A stretch of DNA of 29,365 bases from a virus (taxonomy: Duplodnaviria; Caudoviricetes), in IMG/VR virus record IMGVR_UViG_3300005805_000331, positions 1 to 29,365 of that record; one strand, written 5' to 3'. A program made the position numbers and the translations under genes. Position 1 is the first letter of the stretch; every line of letters begins with the position of its first letter. Of this stretch, positions 15,873-25,285 are shown in pieces. The notes beneath the pieces were generated by a model, which was given only the letters and a program-made list of their open reading frames with translations, was not told the DNA's origin and did no database searches.

Positions 15873-17141
15873 ATGGCCGAAAATTTGGAAAACCCACAGA
15901 TGGGTAACTTCAGCATTCAAGACACAATGGAAATGGGAATGGGTAGTACAGAACTTTTAAATGATCTGTTTGCTCCTGAAACATCCACTAGTTCACCTGA
16001 TGATATTCAGGAAATTAAAGATGAAACTCCAGCACCAGCCCCTGCTAAAAAGAACTCAAAAGCTCCAGCTGCAACAGAAGCAGAACCTGAACCTAAACCT
16101 AAACCAGAAGATGGTGTAAAGTCTATACAAGACTTCCTTCTTAGTGGTGATGATGAAGAAGAAGAGGAGGAAGAAGCTCCTGCCCCAAAAGCAAAGAAAC
16201 AAGAAGCAGCTCCTGTAGCTGAAGAAACAGATGATGAATCTGATGAACAGGAAGTTAGTCAATTTGCTGCTCTATCTAGAGATCTTCTAAAGCTTGGTGT
16301 ATTCTCAGCTGATGAAGAAGAAGAATTTAACATCTCCACTCCTGAAGAATTCCTTGAGAGATTTAACATGGAAAAGAAGAAGGGAGCTATTGAGGTGGTT
16401 CAAAACTTCATAGGACAGTTTGGTGAAGACTATCAAAATGCTTTTGAAGCAATATTTGTTAAGGGAGTTGATCCAAAAGAATATTTCGGCACATATAACC
16501 AAATTCAGAGTTTTGCTGAAATGGACTTGTCACAAGAGAATAATCAAGTGGCAGTGATTAAGCAAGCTCTATCAGACCAAGGATTTGATCCTGAGGATAT
16601 TGACACAGAGGTGGAGCGTCTGAAGAATTATGGTGATCTTGAAACTGTTGCAGCCAAACACCACAAGGTGTTGGTTAAGAAGGAAGCTGTAAAGCTTGCT
16701 CAAATGGAACAGCAAAAAGAAGCACAATTACAACAACAAGCAGCTATTAAACAGCAATATTACACCAACGTACAAACTGTCTTACAGGAAAAACTTAAGG
16801 CAAAAGAGTTCGATGGTATCCCTATTAATCCCAAGCTTGCTGGCGAACTACAAGATTTCCTTCTAGTTGATAAGTACAAAACACCATCTGGTGAGACACT
16901 CACTGATTTCGATCGTACCATCCTAGAACTAAAGCGTCCTGAAAATCATGAAATGAAAGTGAAGGTGGGACTTCTTCTCAAGATTCTTGAGAAAGATCCT
17001 ACGCTCTCTACAATTCAGAAGACAGGAATCACCAAGAAGTCAAACGAACTGTTTGGTGAGGTAGCTAGACAGGCTAGTAAGTCTGGGGTTAAATCTAGTT
17101 CTTCAAATAAATCCAGTAAGCCAAATTCATGGTTTCTCTAA
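15873..17141 (+). CDS. Acidic scaffold-like capsid assembly protein
   Basis: Low-complexity acidic/Pro N-terminus plus coiled coil, immediately upstream of the MCP as in crAss-like phages. Confidence 0.65.
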   Translation: MAENLENPQMGNFSIQDTMEMGMGSTELLNDLFAPETSTSSPDDIQEIKDETPAPAPAKKNSKAPAATEAEPEPKPKPEDGVKSIQDFLLSGDDEEEEEEEAPAPKAKKQEAAPVAEETDDESDEQEVSQFAALSRDLLKLGVFSADEEEEFNISTPEEFLERFNMEKKKGAIEVVQNFIGQFGEDYQNAFEAIFVKGVDPKEYFGTYNQIQSFAEMDLSQENNQVAVIKQALSDQGFDPEDIDTEVERLKNYGDLETVAAKHHKVLVKKEAVKLAQMEQQKEAQLQQQAAIKQQYYTNVQTVLQEKLKAKEFDGIPINPKLAGELQDFLLVDKYKTPSGETLTDFDRTILELKRPENHEMKVKVGLLLKILEKDPTLSTIQKTGITKKSNELFGEVARQASKSGVKSSSSNKSSKPNSWFL

Positions 17142-17173
17142 TTTTTTTATATTAACTTAAAAGATAACACAAA

Positions 17174-18739
17174 ATGGCAATTCAAACAATCCCAGGTTTA
17201 ACTGGATTTACGTATGCTCGTGTTGCTTCAATGGACAAGCGTGCTGTAGGTAAGCTTACAGATGCCAACCACCTTGAAAGCTTCCACAGCACAGAGCCTG
17301 CTGATTATGACAAAAAGATCATCAGCCTCTACACTCAAAGCTCATTGTATAGCAATGACTTCTTGGACATGATTAACAAGAGCACGCCTTACTACATCGA
17401 TAATAATAGCGATGCATGGAAGTGGCAAGTGCAAGTTCCTTACAAGTTTCCAAAAATCATTGACATCCCAACATCTACTGTAGACATCATCGAAGGTAGT
17501 GGTAAAGTGGGTATTGATGGACAAGAGTTCGCTCTTATTTTGGATACAAACGAGTTCTCTAAGAATGCAATTATTTCTGTAGGTTCTCGTCAGTATGGTC
17601 CTCGTTTCTACGTTATTAAGGATCCAGTTCCTTGGAACATGGGCTACCTTTATTATTTCACGCTCGTAAGTGATAACCCTACAGTGGATTTTGTATCTCC
17701 TACATTCCTTCAGTATGGTATTGAACTTGAGCTTGTTGATGCTGCAATTGGTGAATTCGATCAAGATCTTTTAGGTCTTCCTCGTTTGGGTGAGCAAATC
17801 ACTATGTTTGAATCTCTTGGTTCTGCATATGGTTATGAGCACAAAATCACTGAGTGGGCTGATGACAAAATGATGGTTGATGCTTCTGGCAAACCTCTAG
17901 ACATCTTGGTTTATGCTCCACAGCGTAGGAACCAACTTCCTCTAACAAGGAACGATGTTAAATGGGAACCATTCATCGAGTTCTGGATGCGTAAGTCTAT
18001 GCTTGAATTGAAAGTTAAGCGTATGATTTGGAGCAAGCCTGGAACAGTTAAAACAAATGGTTCTAAGCAAGAATTGAAGCGTACATCTGCTGGTGTTTAC
18101 CACAGAATGCGTAACAATGGTAACTTGGTTCAATATAACCGTGGTGAATTCACTGCAAACCTAATACGTTCTGTATTTGGTGATCTATTCTACAGAAGGG
18201 TGGATGTGAAAGACCGTAGGGTTAAAATGTATACTAATGAAGCTGGATTTGACGTATTCCAACAAGCTTTGAAGAATGACGCTTTGAACAGTGGTCTTAC
18301 ATTCATGGCTGATTCTGGAAATCGTTACATGCAAGGCGAAGGTCAGCACATCACTTATAACTTTGCATTCGATGCAATGGTTACACGTGAAACTGGTCGT
18401 GTTGAGTTGATTCACTTGAAAGAGTTGGATCTTCCACAATCTAACCTTGAATTCGGTCAGAACAAGAAATCTACTCCTGTATTCATGGTGTTTGATGTAT
18501 CTCCAATGAGCGATGGTTCAATGGTGAACAACATCCGTGAAGTGAGGATGAAGGGTGCTCCTTCAATGACTTGGGGATATATCGATGGAACTCGTCACCA
18601 CTTAGGCTTTGCTAAGTCTCAGGGTATGAGCTCTGCTAACAAATTCCCTGGTTATGAGATTTGGATGAAAGACCGTTGCGATGTGTTCATTGAGGATTTG
18701 TCTCGTACAGTTCTTATTGAGGAAATCCCACAATTCTAA
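17174..18739 (+). CDS. Major capsid protein
   Basis: 521 aa, strongly biased codons (CGT, TTC, AAC, ATC), position in the terL-portal-scaffold-MCP block. Confidence 0.85.
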   Translation: MAIQTIPGLTGFTYARVASMDKRAVGKLTDANHLESFHSTEPADYDKKIISLYTQSSLYSNDFLDMINKSTPYYIDNNSDAWKWQVQVPYKFPKIIDIPTSTVDIIEGSGKVGIDGQEFALILDTNEFSKNAIISVGSRQYGPRFYVIKDPVPWNMGYLYYFTLVSDNPTVDFVSPTFLQYGIELELVDAAIGEFDQDLLGLPRLGEQITMFESLGSAYGYEHKITEWADDKMMVDASGKPLDILVYAPQRRNQLPLTRNDVKWEPFIEFWMRKSMLELKVKRMIWSKPGTVKTNGSKQELKRTSAGVYHRMRNNGNLVQYNRGEFTANLIRSVFGDLFYRRVDVKDRRVKMYTNEAGFDVFQQALKNDALNSGLTFMADSGNRYMQGEGQHITYNFAFDAMVTRETGRVELIHLKELDLPQSNLEFGQNKKSTPVFMVFDVSPMSDGSMVNNIREVRMKGAPSMTWGYIDGTRHHLGFAKSQGMSSANKFPGYEIWMKDRCDVFIEDLSRTVLIEEIPQF

Positions 18740-18745
18740 TACCTC

Positions 18746-18878
18746 GTCAGAGAAATCTGACAAACAACCTACCGAGAAGAGCCCTCCTCCCCCTCCCACC
18801 TTTGGAGGGCTCTCCTCAAACTACAGAGTGATGAATTGGGAAATTCCCAATTGCATTTCCTTCGATGGAACCACTCTG
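18746..18878 (+). ncRNA. Structured intergenic element downstream of the MCP gene
   Basis: GTCAGA-gaaa-TCTGAC; 10-bp stem 18778-18787/18804-18813 with a C-rich loop; three-way junction closed by CAGAGTG/CACTCTG. Confidence 0.5.
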
Positions 18879-18907
18879 CAAAATAAACCAGATATAAAAA
18901 CTACATT

Positions 18908-19876
18908 ATGGGTAAAACAGGAAAAATCTCCACAATTAAGAAGGAGTATAATAGCTCTCAGTTGCAAACAATGCAAAGCGGTTTAGCTGCTAAAGGTCTA
19001 ACAAGAATCCCTGGAACAGGCGTATTTAAGTATCCTTACAAGGAACTTGATGGTCAATACAGAACAGGACTTGATCCAAATGCTGCTTACATTCGTAGAA
19101 TAAATGATCCTCTAGAAAGGGACATGGAGAAAGAAAGAGTGACAGCTCTTCGTGAAAGACTTCAGAATTCTCTTGGAGGAGTTGATTTAGGACCTAGATC
19201 TCAATTCTGGAACTATGGACTTTCAACATCTACAAGTGATACATTGCATGTGCAACCTGTAAAACTGATTGATGGAGACAATTATTTTGATTTGTCTGTT
19301 CCTCTACAAGAATTAGCCTTTGCATGGCTTAGAGTTCATCCAACAATTGCAAGCTCTTATCAAGCTTGGGAGCGTGGTGAATTTCCAGCTGACACACAAT
19401 TCTATGTAGCAGATGATGAGATTGAAAATGCTGTAATCTTCAAGAAGAAACAATTAATCAACAAGGCTATTGCTAAGTTTGATGCAATGACTCCTGAGAA
19501 GAAGCGTAAGGTAGCTCGTCTATTAGGACTTCCAGTAACAGAAGAAACTAAAGAAGAAGCAGTGTATAACCAAGTGGATAATGTTTTGAAACAAACAGAA
19601 TTCAAGAATGGTAAATATCAAGGCCTTTCTACAGTTGAGGTGTTCAACAGATTTGCTGATATGAAGGAAAACCTTCTCCACATCAAAGATCTAGTTAAAC
19701 AAGCAATTGGTCATTCAGTGTATAGGGTTAAACCTAATGGAAGAATTTACGAAGGTGAATTTGAAGTGGCTACAGATGAAGATGAATTGGTTAGATATTT
19801 GGCAGACGATGATAATCAAGATGCCCTGATTACCCTAGAACAAAGATTAAAAAGTAAAAAACTGGCAGCTGTATGA
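18908..19876 (+). CDS. Conserved crAss-like protein following the MCP
   Basis: 322-aa ORF; synteny; FYVADDE...K motif. Confidence 0.7.
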   Translation: MGKTGKISTIKKEYNSSQLQTMQSGLAAKGLTRIPGTGVFKYPYKELDGQYRTGLDPNAAYIRRINDPLERDMEKERVTALRERLQNSLGGVDLGPRSQFWNYGLSTSTSDTLHVQPVKLIDGDNYFDLSVPLQELAFAWLRVHPTIASSYQAWERGEFPADTQFYVADDEIENAVIFKKKQLINKAIAKFDAMTPEKKRKVARLLGLPVTEETKEEAVYNQVDNVLKQTEFKNGKYQGLSTVEVFNRFADMKENLLHIKDLVKQAIGHSVYRVKPNGRIYEGEFEVATDEDELVRYLADDDNQDALITLEQRLKSKKLAAV

Positions 19877-20604
19877 TACCTGTAGATAGTTTATTGTATA
19901 AAATAGACCAGAAACTAAATAAACTATCAACAAACGAACATCAGCAAATCCAGTTAGAAGATAAGATATTAGCTTTGAATGAAGCTCAGATAAAGCTGAT
20001 AAAACAAAAGGTTGATGGTTTAAGTACAGTTTCTGGAATGGGACTTGATTCCTTTAAGAAAAGGTATGAGGACCTACAGAGCTTGGTTGAAAGTTACAAT
20101 CACCAACCATTAACATTGAGTCTGCTTAACCCAGAATTAAATCAATGGAAAGCTAACATACATTTGTTAGAACCTAAATACATGTTCTACATTGATAGTT
20201 ATGTAATAGCTGACAAGGGTAGATGTAAAGATAGGAAGATATGGATTAATAGGGATCTTGCTAAGCGTGGTGATCTTCAGTTTATTCTGAATAATACACA
20301 TTACAAGCCATCCTTTGAATACCAAGAAACATTTAACTTCCTTTCATCTGATGAAATATCAATATTCACAGATGGTACATTCACTCCCAAAACTATAAAT
20401 ATAATGTACATGCGTTATCCCCAATATATCAATAAAGAGGGGTATATAATGCTAGATGGTCAGCCATCATATGATCAAGATTGTGAACTTGAGTTATACC
20501 TGGAAGATGAACTTCTAGATTTGACAGTTCAAAACCTTGCAATGTACACTGAAAACCAGTCTGCTGTCCAAAACTCGATATATAGGATACAGACAAATGA
20601 ATAA
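19873..20604 (+). CDS. Putative head-tail ring/adaptor protein
   Basis: ALNEAQ..LIK, YMRYP and CELELYLEDELLDLTV pattern; synteny. Confidence 0.6.
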   Translation: MIPVDSLLYKIDQKLNKLSTNEHQQIQLEDKILALNEAQIKLIKQKVDGLSTVSGMGLDSFKKRYEDLQSLVESYNHQPLTLSLLNPELNQWKANIHLLEPKYMFYIDSYVIADKGRCKDRKIWINRDLAKRGDLQFILNNTHYKPSFEYQETFNFLSSDEISIFTDGTFTPKTINIMYMRYPQYINKEGYIMLDGQPSYDQDCELELYLEDELLDLTVQNLAMYTENQSAVQNSIYRIQTNE

Positions 20605-20632
20605 GTTTTTTTATAATTTAAAATAAAACAAA

Positions 20633-21784
20633 ATGGCAGATTTTTCTTTAACTACGCTCTTCGTGGTTCCTGTTGGCACAACAATAGCCAGTAGCGGTTC
20701 TACGCAAGACTTGGTTGCTGGACAAGTTGGTTTCTTTGATAAAGATTATCAAGCTACCACCACTCCTAGCACCTCTCCTTATTTCTATGTTGCTCAAGGT
20801 AGGGTGAACACCTATCTACAAGGTTCTAAGCGTTCTGATAAAATTGCAGGATGTGGTGAAAGTGCAGCATGTAAATCTAATGTAACTGAATGGTACAAGG
20901 TGCAAGGTTGCCCTACACCAGCTGTTCAAATTACAGATGTATCTGAATGGAATGTAAAATGTGGTGATGTTGTAACTCTTACACTTCGTGCACATTCTTC
21001 TTACCTCGATACATTGTACTTCAATGGTTTCACTCGCTCAGTAACTGTACAAGCTCCTTGTTGTGACTGTGGTGGTGATCCATGTACTAACGTTGATACC
21101 AACGCTTTGATCAATCAATTCATTTATCAATTGACTCTTCAAGCTCCTGGTAACAACCCAGACAACATCACTTTCTCTGACTTCTACACTTTTGAGAATG
21201 TAGGTGGTACAATCCTCCGCATCTCTGGTAAGCCTCTTACTAAGTATGGTCAGCCTTGTGACGTTGCTGCATTCCCTTGGGAATATGACAGAATGTGGTT
21301 CCGTACATTTGTGTACAGTGGACCTGCAACAACTGCTGACTTCATTGTAGCAGATGCTTGTAACATCGTTGCTGTAGCAACTGTAGTTCAACGTGCTTCT
21401 TACCCTTCAGGTACTTCTGATGAGGTGAAACAACTTGAGAAGAACTTCTACAGCTACCAAGCTGGTTACTTGAAGCATCTTTATAGGATGGTTGGTTATA
21501 ACGAAAACTTTGAGTCTTGGGTAACAGATGGTACTACCTATGATACCTACTACATCAAGTTTAACGAGTATGACAAATCAGCTTATTCTTGGGGTGATTA
21601 TATTAAAGAAGACTCAACAGTGATCATTGCTGTTCCTAATGGAAGTGCAGCTGCTACATCTGTTGATGCTATTCTTGAAGATGCTCTAGGTGCAATTGAG
21701 TTTGATAACGCTTGCGTTACCACAACTACAACCACTTCTACATCTTCTTCTACCACCACAAGCACTACCACTCTTATTCCTTAA
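20633..21784 (+). CDS. Abundant structural protein (auxiliary capsid-like) with Thr/Ser-rich tail
   Basis: High-expression codon bias like the MCP; CCDC motif; C-terminal poly-Thr/Ser; followed by a terminator. Confidence 0.65.
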   Translation: MADFSLTTLFVVPVGTTIASSGSTQDLVAGQVGFFDKDYQATTTPSTSPYFYVAQGRVNTYLQGSKRSDKIAGCGESAACKSNVTEWYKVQGCPTPAVQITDVSEWNVKCGDVVTLTLRAHSSYLDTLYFNGFTRSVTVQAPCCDCGGDPCTNVDTNALINQFIYQLTLQAPGNNPDNITFSDFYTFENVGGTILRISGKPLTKYGQPCDVAAFPWEYDRMWFRTFVYSGPATTADFIVADACNIVAVATVVQRASYPSGTSDEVKQLEKNFYSYQAGYLKHLYRMVGYNENFESWVTDGTTYDTYYIKFNEYDKSAYSWGDYIKEDSTVIIAVPNGSAAATSVDAILEDALGAIEFDNACVTTTTTTSTSSSTTTSTTTLIP

Positions 21785-21820
21785 TAAGAAACAGTAGACG
21801 AAACAATATCAAATAACCTA

Positions 21821-21867
21821 AGCCAGAGGGTGAGAGGATCTTCTCAAATCCTCTGGCTTATTTTTTT
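21821..21867 (+). terminator. Intrinsic terminator
   Basis: AGCCAGAGG...CCTCTGGCT with inner TGAGA/TCTCA, followed by TATTTTTTT. Confidence 0.85.
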
Positions 21868-21873
21868 AAGAAC

Positions 21874-22428
21874 ATGGCAACAACATTAGATTTTTTGGTG
21901 ATTCCTACATACAATGTACAGACATTGGGTATTGCTGATAATTCAACATATGACACACCTCCTACATCTCCCACCATGCAAATCACTGTACCTGGGTTTG
22001 GGGTTGTTAGCCTTCCTTTTAATATAAATGATTTCAACATATACAATTCTACATCTTTAGGAATAACAGATGTTGGAGATGCTCTCCTTCCTCTTCCTGA
22101 TGGTGTATATTATTTCACATACTCAATTGCCCCTGCATATGAGAATTATGTAAATAAAACAATCATGCGTATTGATCAAATTCAAGAGAAGTTTGACAGT
22201 GCGTTTATGAAGCTTGATCTGATGGAGTGTGATATGGCTGTTAAGAAACAACAGAAAGTGAATTTAAATAGCATCTACTATCTCATACAGGGATCATTAG
22301 CTGCTGCAAACAACTGTGCTATAGATACAGCAAACAAACTGTACAACCAAGCAAATAGAATGCTTGATAATTTTATCAGAAACAATTGTAATTGTTACGG
22401 AAATAATTATTTAACCAACCCATACTAA
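21874..22428 (+). CDS. Putative structural protein
   Basis: LPDGVYYFTYSI motif; lies in the structural operon. Confidence 0.7.
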   Translation: MATTLDFLVIPTYNVQTLGIADNSTYDTPPTSPTMQITVPGFGVVSLPFNINDFNIYNSTSLGITDVGDALLPLPDGVYYFTYSIAPAYENYVNKTIMRIDQIQEKFDSAFMKLDLMECDMAVKKQQKVNLNSIYYLIQGSLAAANNCAIDTANKLYNQANRMLDNFIRNNCNCYGNNYLTNPY

Positions 22429-22429
22429 T

Positions 22430-22573
22430 ATGGCAAACTGTAGAGATTGTGGAATTAAAGTGGGCTGCGGATGTCAACTTATAAATGGACTTTGTGCAGC
22501 CTGTAACCAAAAGCTTAAACAAGCTACAAAAAGAATAAAAGATGTTATATCCAAGGCTTACAGATTGTATTGA
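22430..22573 (+). CDS. Small Cys-rich protein (47 aa, not in ORF track)
   Basis: MANCRDCGIKVGCGCQLINGLCAACNQKLKQATKRIKDVISKAYRLY*; ATG 1 nt after the upstream stop. Confidence 0.75.
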   Translation: MANCRDCGIKVGCGCQLINGLCAACNQKLKQATKRIKDVISKAYRLY

Positions 22574-22811
22574 ATGTACAACAATTCCTGTTCTAATAGC
22601 TGACATTGATTGTAAGCTAACAGAACTTGCTAATAATGAATACAACAACATTGTATTCTCCCTAAACTATCCTGCCCCTGGACCACTGATTGACGATCTT
22701 CTTAATTACAAAAGAATACTTAAATATAAATATTGTAATATAGATTATGCTTCATGTGGTGTTTCATTGAGTCAGATAGCTAGTAGAGTTAAAGTGTTAA
22801 TCAACAAATAA
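22542..22811 (+). CDS. Hypothetical Cys-containing protein
   Basis: ORF track. Confidence 0.75.
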   Translation: MLYPRLTDCIECTTIPVLIADIDCKLTELANNEYNNIVFSLNYPAPGPLIDDLLNYKRILKYKYCNIDYASCGVSLSQIASRVKVLINK

Positions 22812-22822
22812 ATAAATTAAAA

Positions 22823-23989
22823 ATGTCCACAAATTGCTCAAATTGCTATAATGGATGTGCCCAGATTGTATCAGACAAATGTGTCAAGTATACAGGGGAT
22901 CCTTCCGAAGCTTTAGGAATAGAAACAGGAGATACGCTTCTCTCTGTTGAAGAAACCTTAATAAACAATATAGTGTCTTTTCTTGATGGAACAGGGATAG
23001 ACATCACTATCAATCCCACTGCTTATTGTGAATTAGTTACACAATATCTTCCATCATGTAAACCAATATGTAGTCCACCCACAGCTGTAGAGCTTTTCGA
23101 AGCTCTTGTTAAAGCTGCTTGTGATTTACAAGGACAAGTGGATGCTGTTGTTGCAGATGTTGCTGAACTTAATTCTGATTATGACGTAGATTGTCTTGAT
23201 GGTGTTACAGATTCATCAGATACACATGATGTTGTTCAAGCAATCATTACAAAACTTTGTGAACTAGGTGTAGATCTAGCAGCTCTTGCTCTTGATGTAG
23301 ACACAAACTATGTTAAGATTTCAGATATCAATACATATATTGCTGCTTATTTAAGTAGCACTGCTGTTACAAATAAGTATTACACCAAAATGATTCCCTA
23401 CACTGTAGTGGAATATTATGGAAATCTTATAGGATATCCTACACCATCTGATGGATTTACATCAGGTGTTGGGTTTGGATATTGGGAAAAAATATATTTA
23501 TGTAATGGTCAAAATGGAACTCCTGATAAACGTGGTAGGGTTCCTGTAGGTGTTACAAGTGGTATGGGTGGAGGGGCGTTTGACGCTGCTGTAGATCCTG
23601 CAATTGCTGGTAATCCCACATATTCATTAAATACTAAAGCTGGAGCAAACACTGTAACCCTTACAGCTTCACAAATCCCTGGTCATACACATACAGCTAC
23701 AGCCACTGCTACAGACACTGGTCACACACATCTCATTGCAGGTGATGGAGATAGTGATAACCTACTTGATAACACACATGTAATGGCTAGTGCTCACGAT
23801 GCTGGTGGAAACAGTAGTTATGAATTAACTAACGCAGTGGCTGTAGATGCTACAGTGGGTAAGACAGGTCCAAACACATCGCTTGGTCTTAGTATAGGTG
23901 TCACTGTTGCTGCTAACACTGGTGGAGGTGGAGCTCATGCTAACAATCAACCAGCTCTTGCTTGTTATTACATTATGTACATTCCTTAA
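22823..23989 (+). CDS. Fibre protein with tail-collar domain and His-rich tip
   Basis: LCNGQNGTPDKRGRVPVG, GANTVTLTASQIPGHTH, HTH repeats and AHANNQPALACYYIM (T4 gp12/tail-collar-like). Confidence 0.8.
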   Translation: MSTNCSNCYNGCAQIVSDKCVKYTGDPSEALGIETGDTLLSVEETLINNIVSFLDGTGIDITINPTAYCELVTQYLPSCKPICSPPTAVELFEALVKAACDLQGQVDAVVADVAELNSDYDVDCLDGVTDSSDTHDVVQAIITKLCELGVDLAALALDVDTNYVKISDINTYIAAYLSSTAVTNKYYTKMIPYTVVEYYGNLIGYPTPSDGFTSGVGFGYWEKIYLCNGQNGTPDKRGRVPVGVTSGMGGGAFDAAVDPAIAGNPTYSLNTKAGANTVTLTASQIPGHTHTATATATDTGHTHLIAGDGDSDNLLDNTHVMASAHDAGGNSSYELTNAVAVDATVGKTGPNTSLGLSIGVTVAANTGGGGAHANNQPALACYYIMYIP

Positions 23990-23999
23990 ATTAATATAA

Positions 24000-25169
24000 A
24001 TGGGTTGTTCTCCAGGCTCTCCTTGTAATCCTTCTCCTCTTCCTATGATATATGCTGCCTACCCAGCTAATTGTGCAGACATACCTAACGGTTGTTGCCC
24101 CACTAGCAAGACAGTGTATGATGGACCTAACCTTCCAAATACAGGAATAGATAATAAGGATACAGTTAGTGTGGCTTTTGATAAGATAGACGATGCACTA
24201 GATCCAACAACAATAGTGCAAAACTTTATTAACATTATATCTATAAACCCAGCTCTTGCTGTTATATTTTGTGACTTAGTGGGAAATTGTCCCACCACTT
24301 CTACAACTTCTACAACAACAATCACTACAACAGCTTGTCCTCAATCTTATTTGTATAATTATTACACTATTGAAGATGTTAGAAACATCACTCCTGCAGG
24401 ATGGCATGTTCCATCAATTGCTGAATGGAACACATTAGTTTCTACACAACCAGGTGGTTATACATATGATTTAATAGATCCTTTAGGATGGATAGCAACT
24501 GATTATTGGGGTGATCCAAATACACTTACAAATAGTACAGGTTTAAGTCTAAGAAAAAATAATAATCGTCAGGAAAATGGTTTGTTTTTTTATGATTATT
24601 ATAGTTTATATTGGTCAACAACAGATCAATCTCCTGGACTAAAGCATACAGCTGGTGTATATAGTTGTTGTGGAGACTTCTATCCAAATGATGAACCAAG
24701 GGGTCCTAAAGCTGGTATTGCTATTAGATTAATAAAAGATGATAGCACTGACACAGGAACTATGGTGGGAAATGATGGAAGGGTTTATCCAACAGTGAAG
24801 ATTGGTACACAAGTTTGGATGGCACAAGATCTTCAGGAAACTAGATATAGAAACGGAGATGTTATTCCTGTAGTTACAAGTGATAATGCTTGGGCAGCAC
24901 TAACAACAGGAGCTAGATGTTTATTCCTTAACGAAGTGTGTTGTGATGATCCAAGTCCTTGTATTCAATATAGTATTTATAACATTGAATCAGAACCCTT
25001 TACATTTGAATATGATCAATGTTCAGATGGAACTACACAAATATACACTGGGACTGGAAGTGAAATTAATGAACTGCTCTGTGCTGCTTGGGATTCTATA
25101 AATATGTTAACAGGATCTGCCACCATAGTGTATAACAATCATTGTGGATGTGGTATTGATCTTGCATAA
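24000..25169 (+). CDS. Cys-rich virion protein with FISUMP (Fib_succ_major) domain
   Basis: LYNYY...PAGWHVPSIAEW, YWSTT, IRLIKD and DGRVYPTVKIGTQVWMA...RYRNGD motifs. Confidence 0.8.
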   Translation: MGCSPGSPCNPSPLPMIYAAYPANCADIPNGCCPTSKTVYDGPNLPNTGIDNKDTVSVAFDKIDDALDPTTIVQNFINIISINPALAVIFCDLVGNCPTTSTTSTTTITTTACPQSYLYNYYTIEDVRNITPAGWHVPSIAEWNTLVSTQPGGYTYDLIDPLGWIATDYWGDPNTLTNSTGLSLRKNNNRQENGLFFYDYYSLYWSTTDQSPGLKHTAGVYSCCGDFYPNDEPRGPKAGIAIRLIKDDSTDTGTMVGNDGRVYPTVKIGTQVWMAQDLQETRYRNGDVIPVVTSDNAWAALTTGARCLFLNEVCCDDPSPCIQYSIYNIESEPFTFEYDQCSDGTTQIYTGTGSEINELLCAAWDSINMLTGSATIVYNNHCGCGIDLA

Positions 25170-25177
25170 TATCAAAA

Positions 25178-25236
25178 ACCCTGTTTTGTTGGTTTTACAG
25201 GGTATCTCCCAGGCTCAGGTCTGGGAGTTTTTGTTT
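25178..25236 (+). terminator. Double hairpin: U/G-loop stem plus intrinsic terminator
   Basis: ACCCTGT-tttgttggtttt-ACAGGGT, then CTCCCAGG-ctcagg-TCTGGGAG-TTTTTGTTT. Confidence 0.75.
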
Positions 25237-25285
25237 AAACTATAATCAACTTAGTTATTATAGATAATCTAATTAATTAAATAAA

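Noticed and set aside
10601-18739. Introns or inteins in terL, portal or MCP
   Set aside because: The ORFs are continuous and of expected size, with no intein or homing-endonuclease motifs seen
18824-18882. tRNA gene
   Set aside because: It has a 7-bp closing stem and a TTCGA loop, but only two internal arms, a 4-bp/6-nt T-like arm, and no anticodon arm or CCA
18681-18986. ORF overlapping the MCP end as a frameshift or readthrough extension
   Set aside because: No clear slippery heptamer at the MCP end; in-frame readthrough meets TGA within 7 codons; the region is better explained by RNA structure
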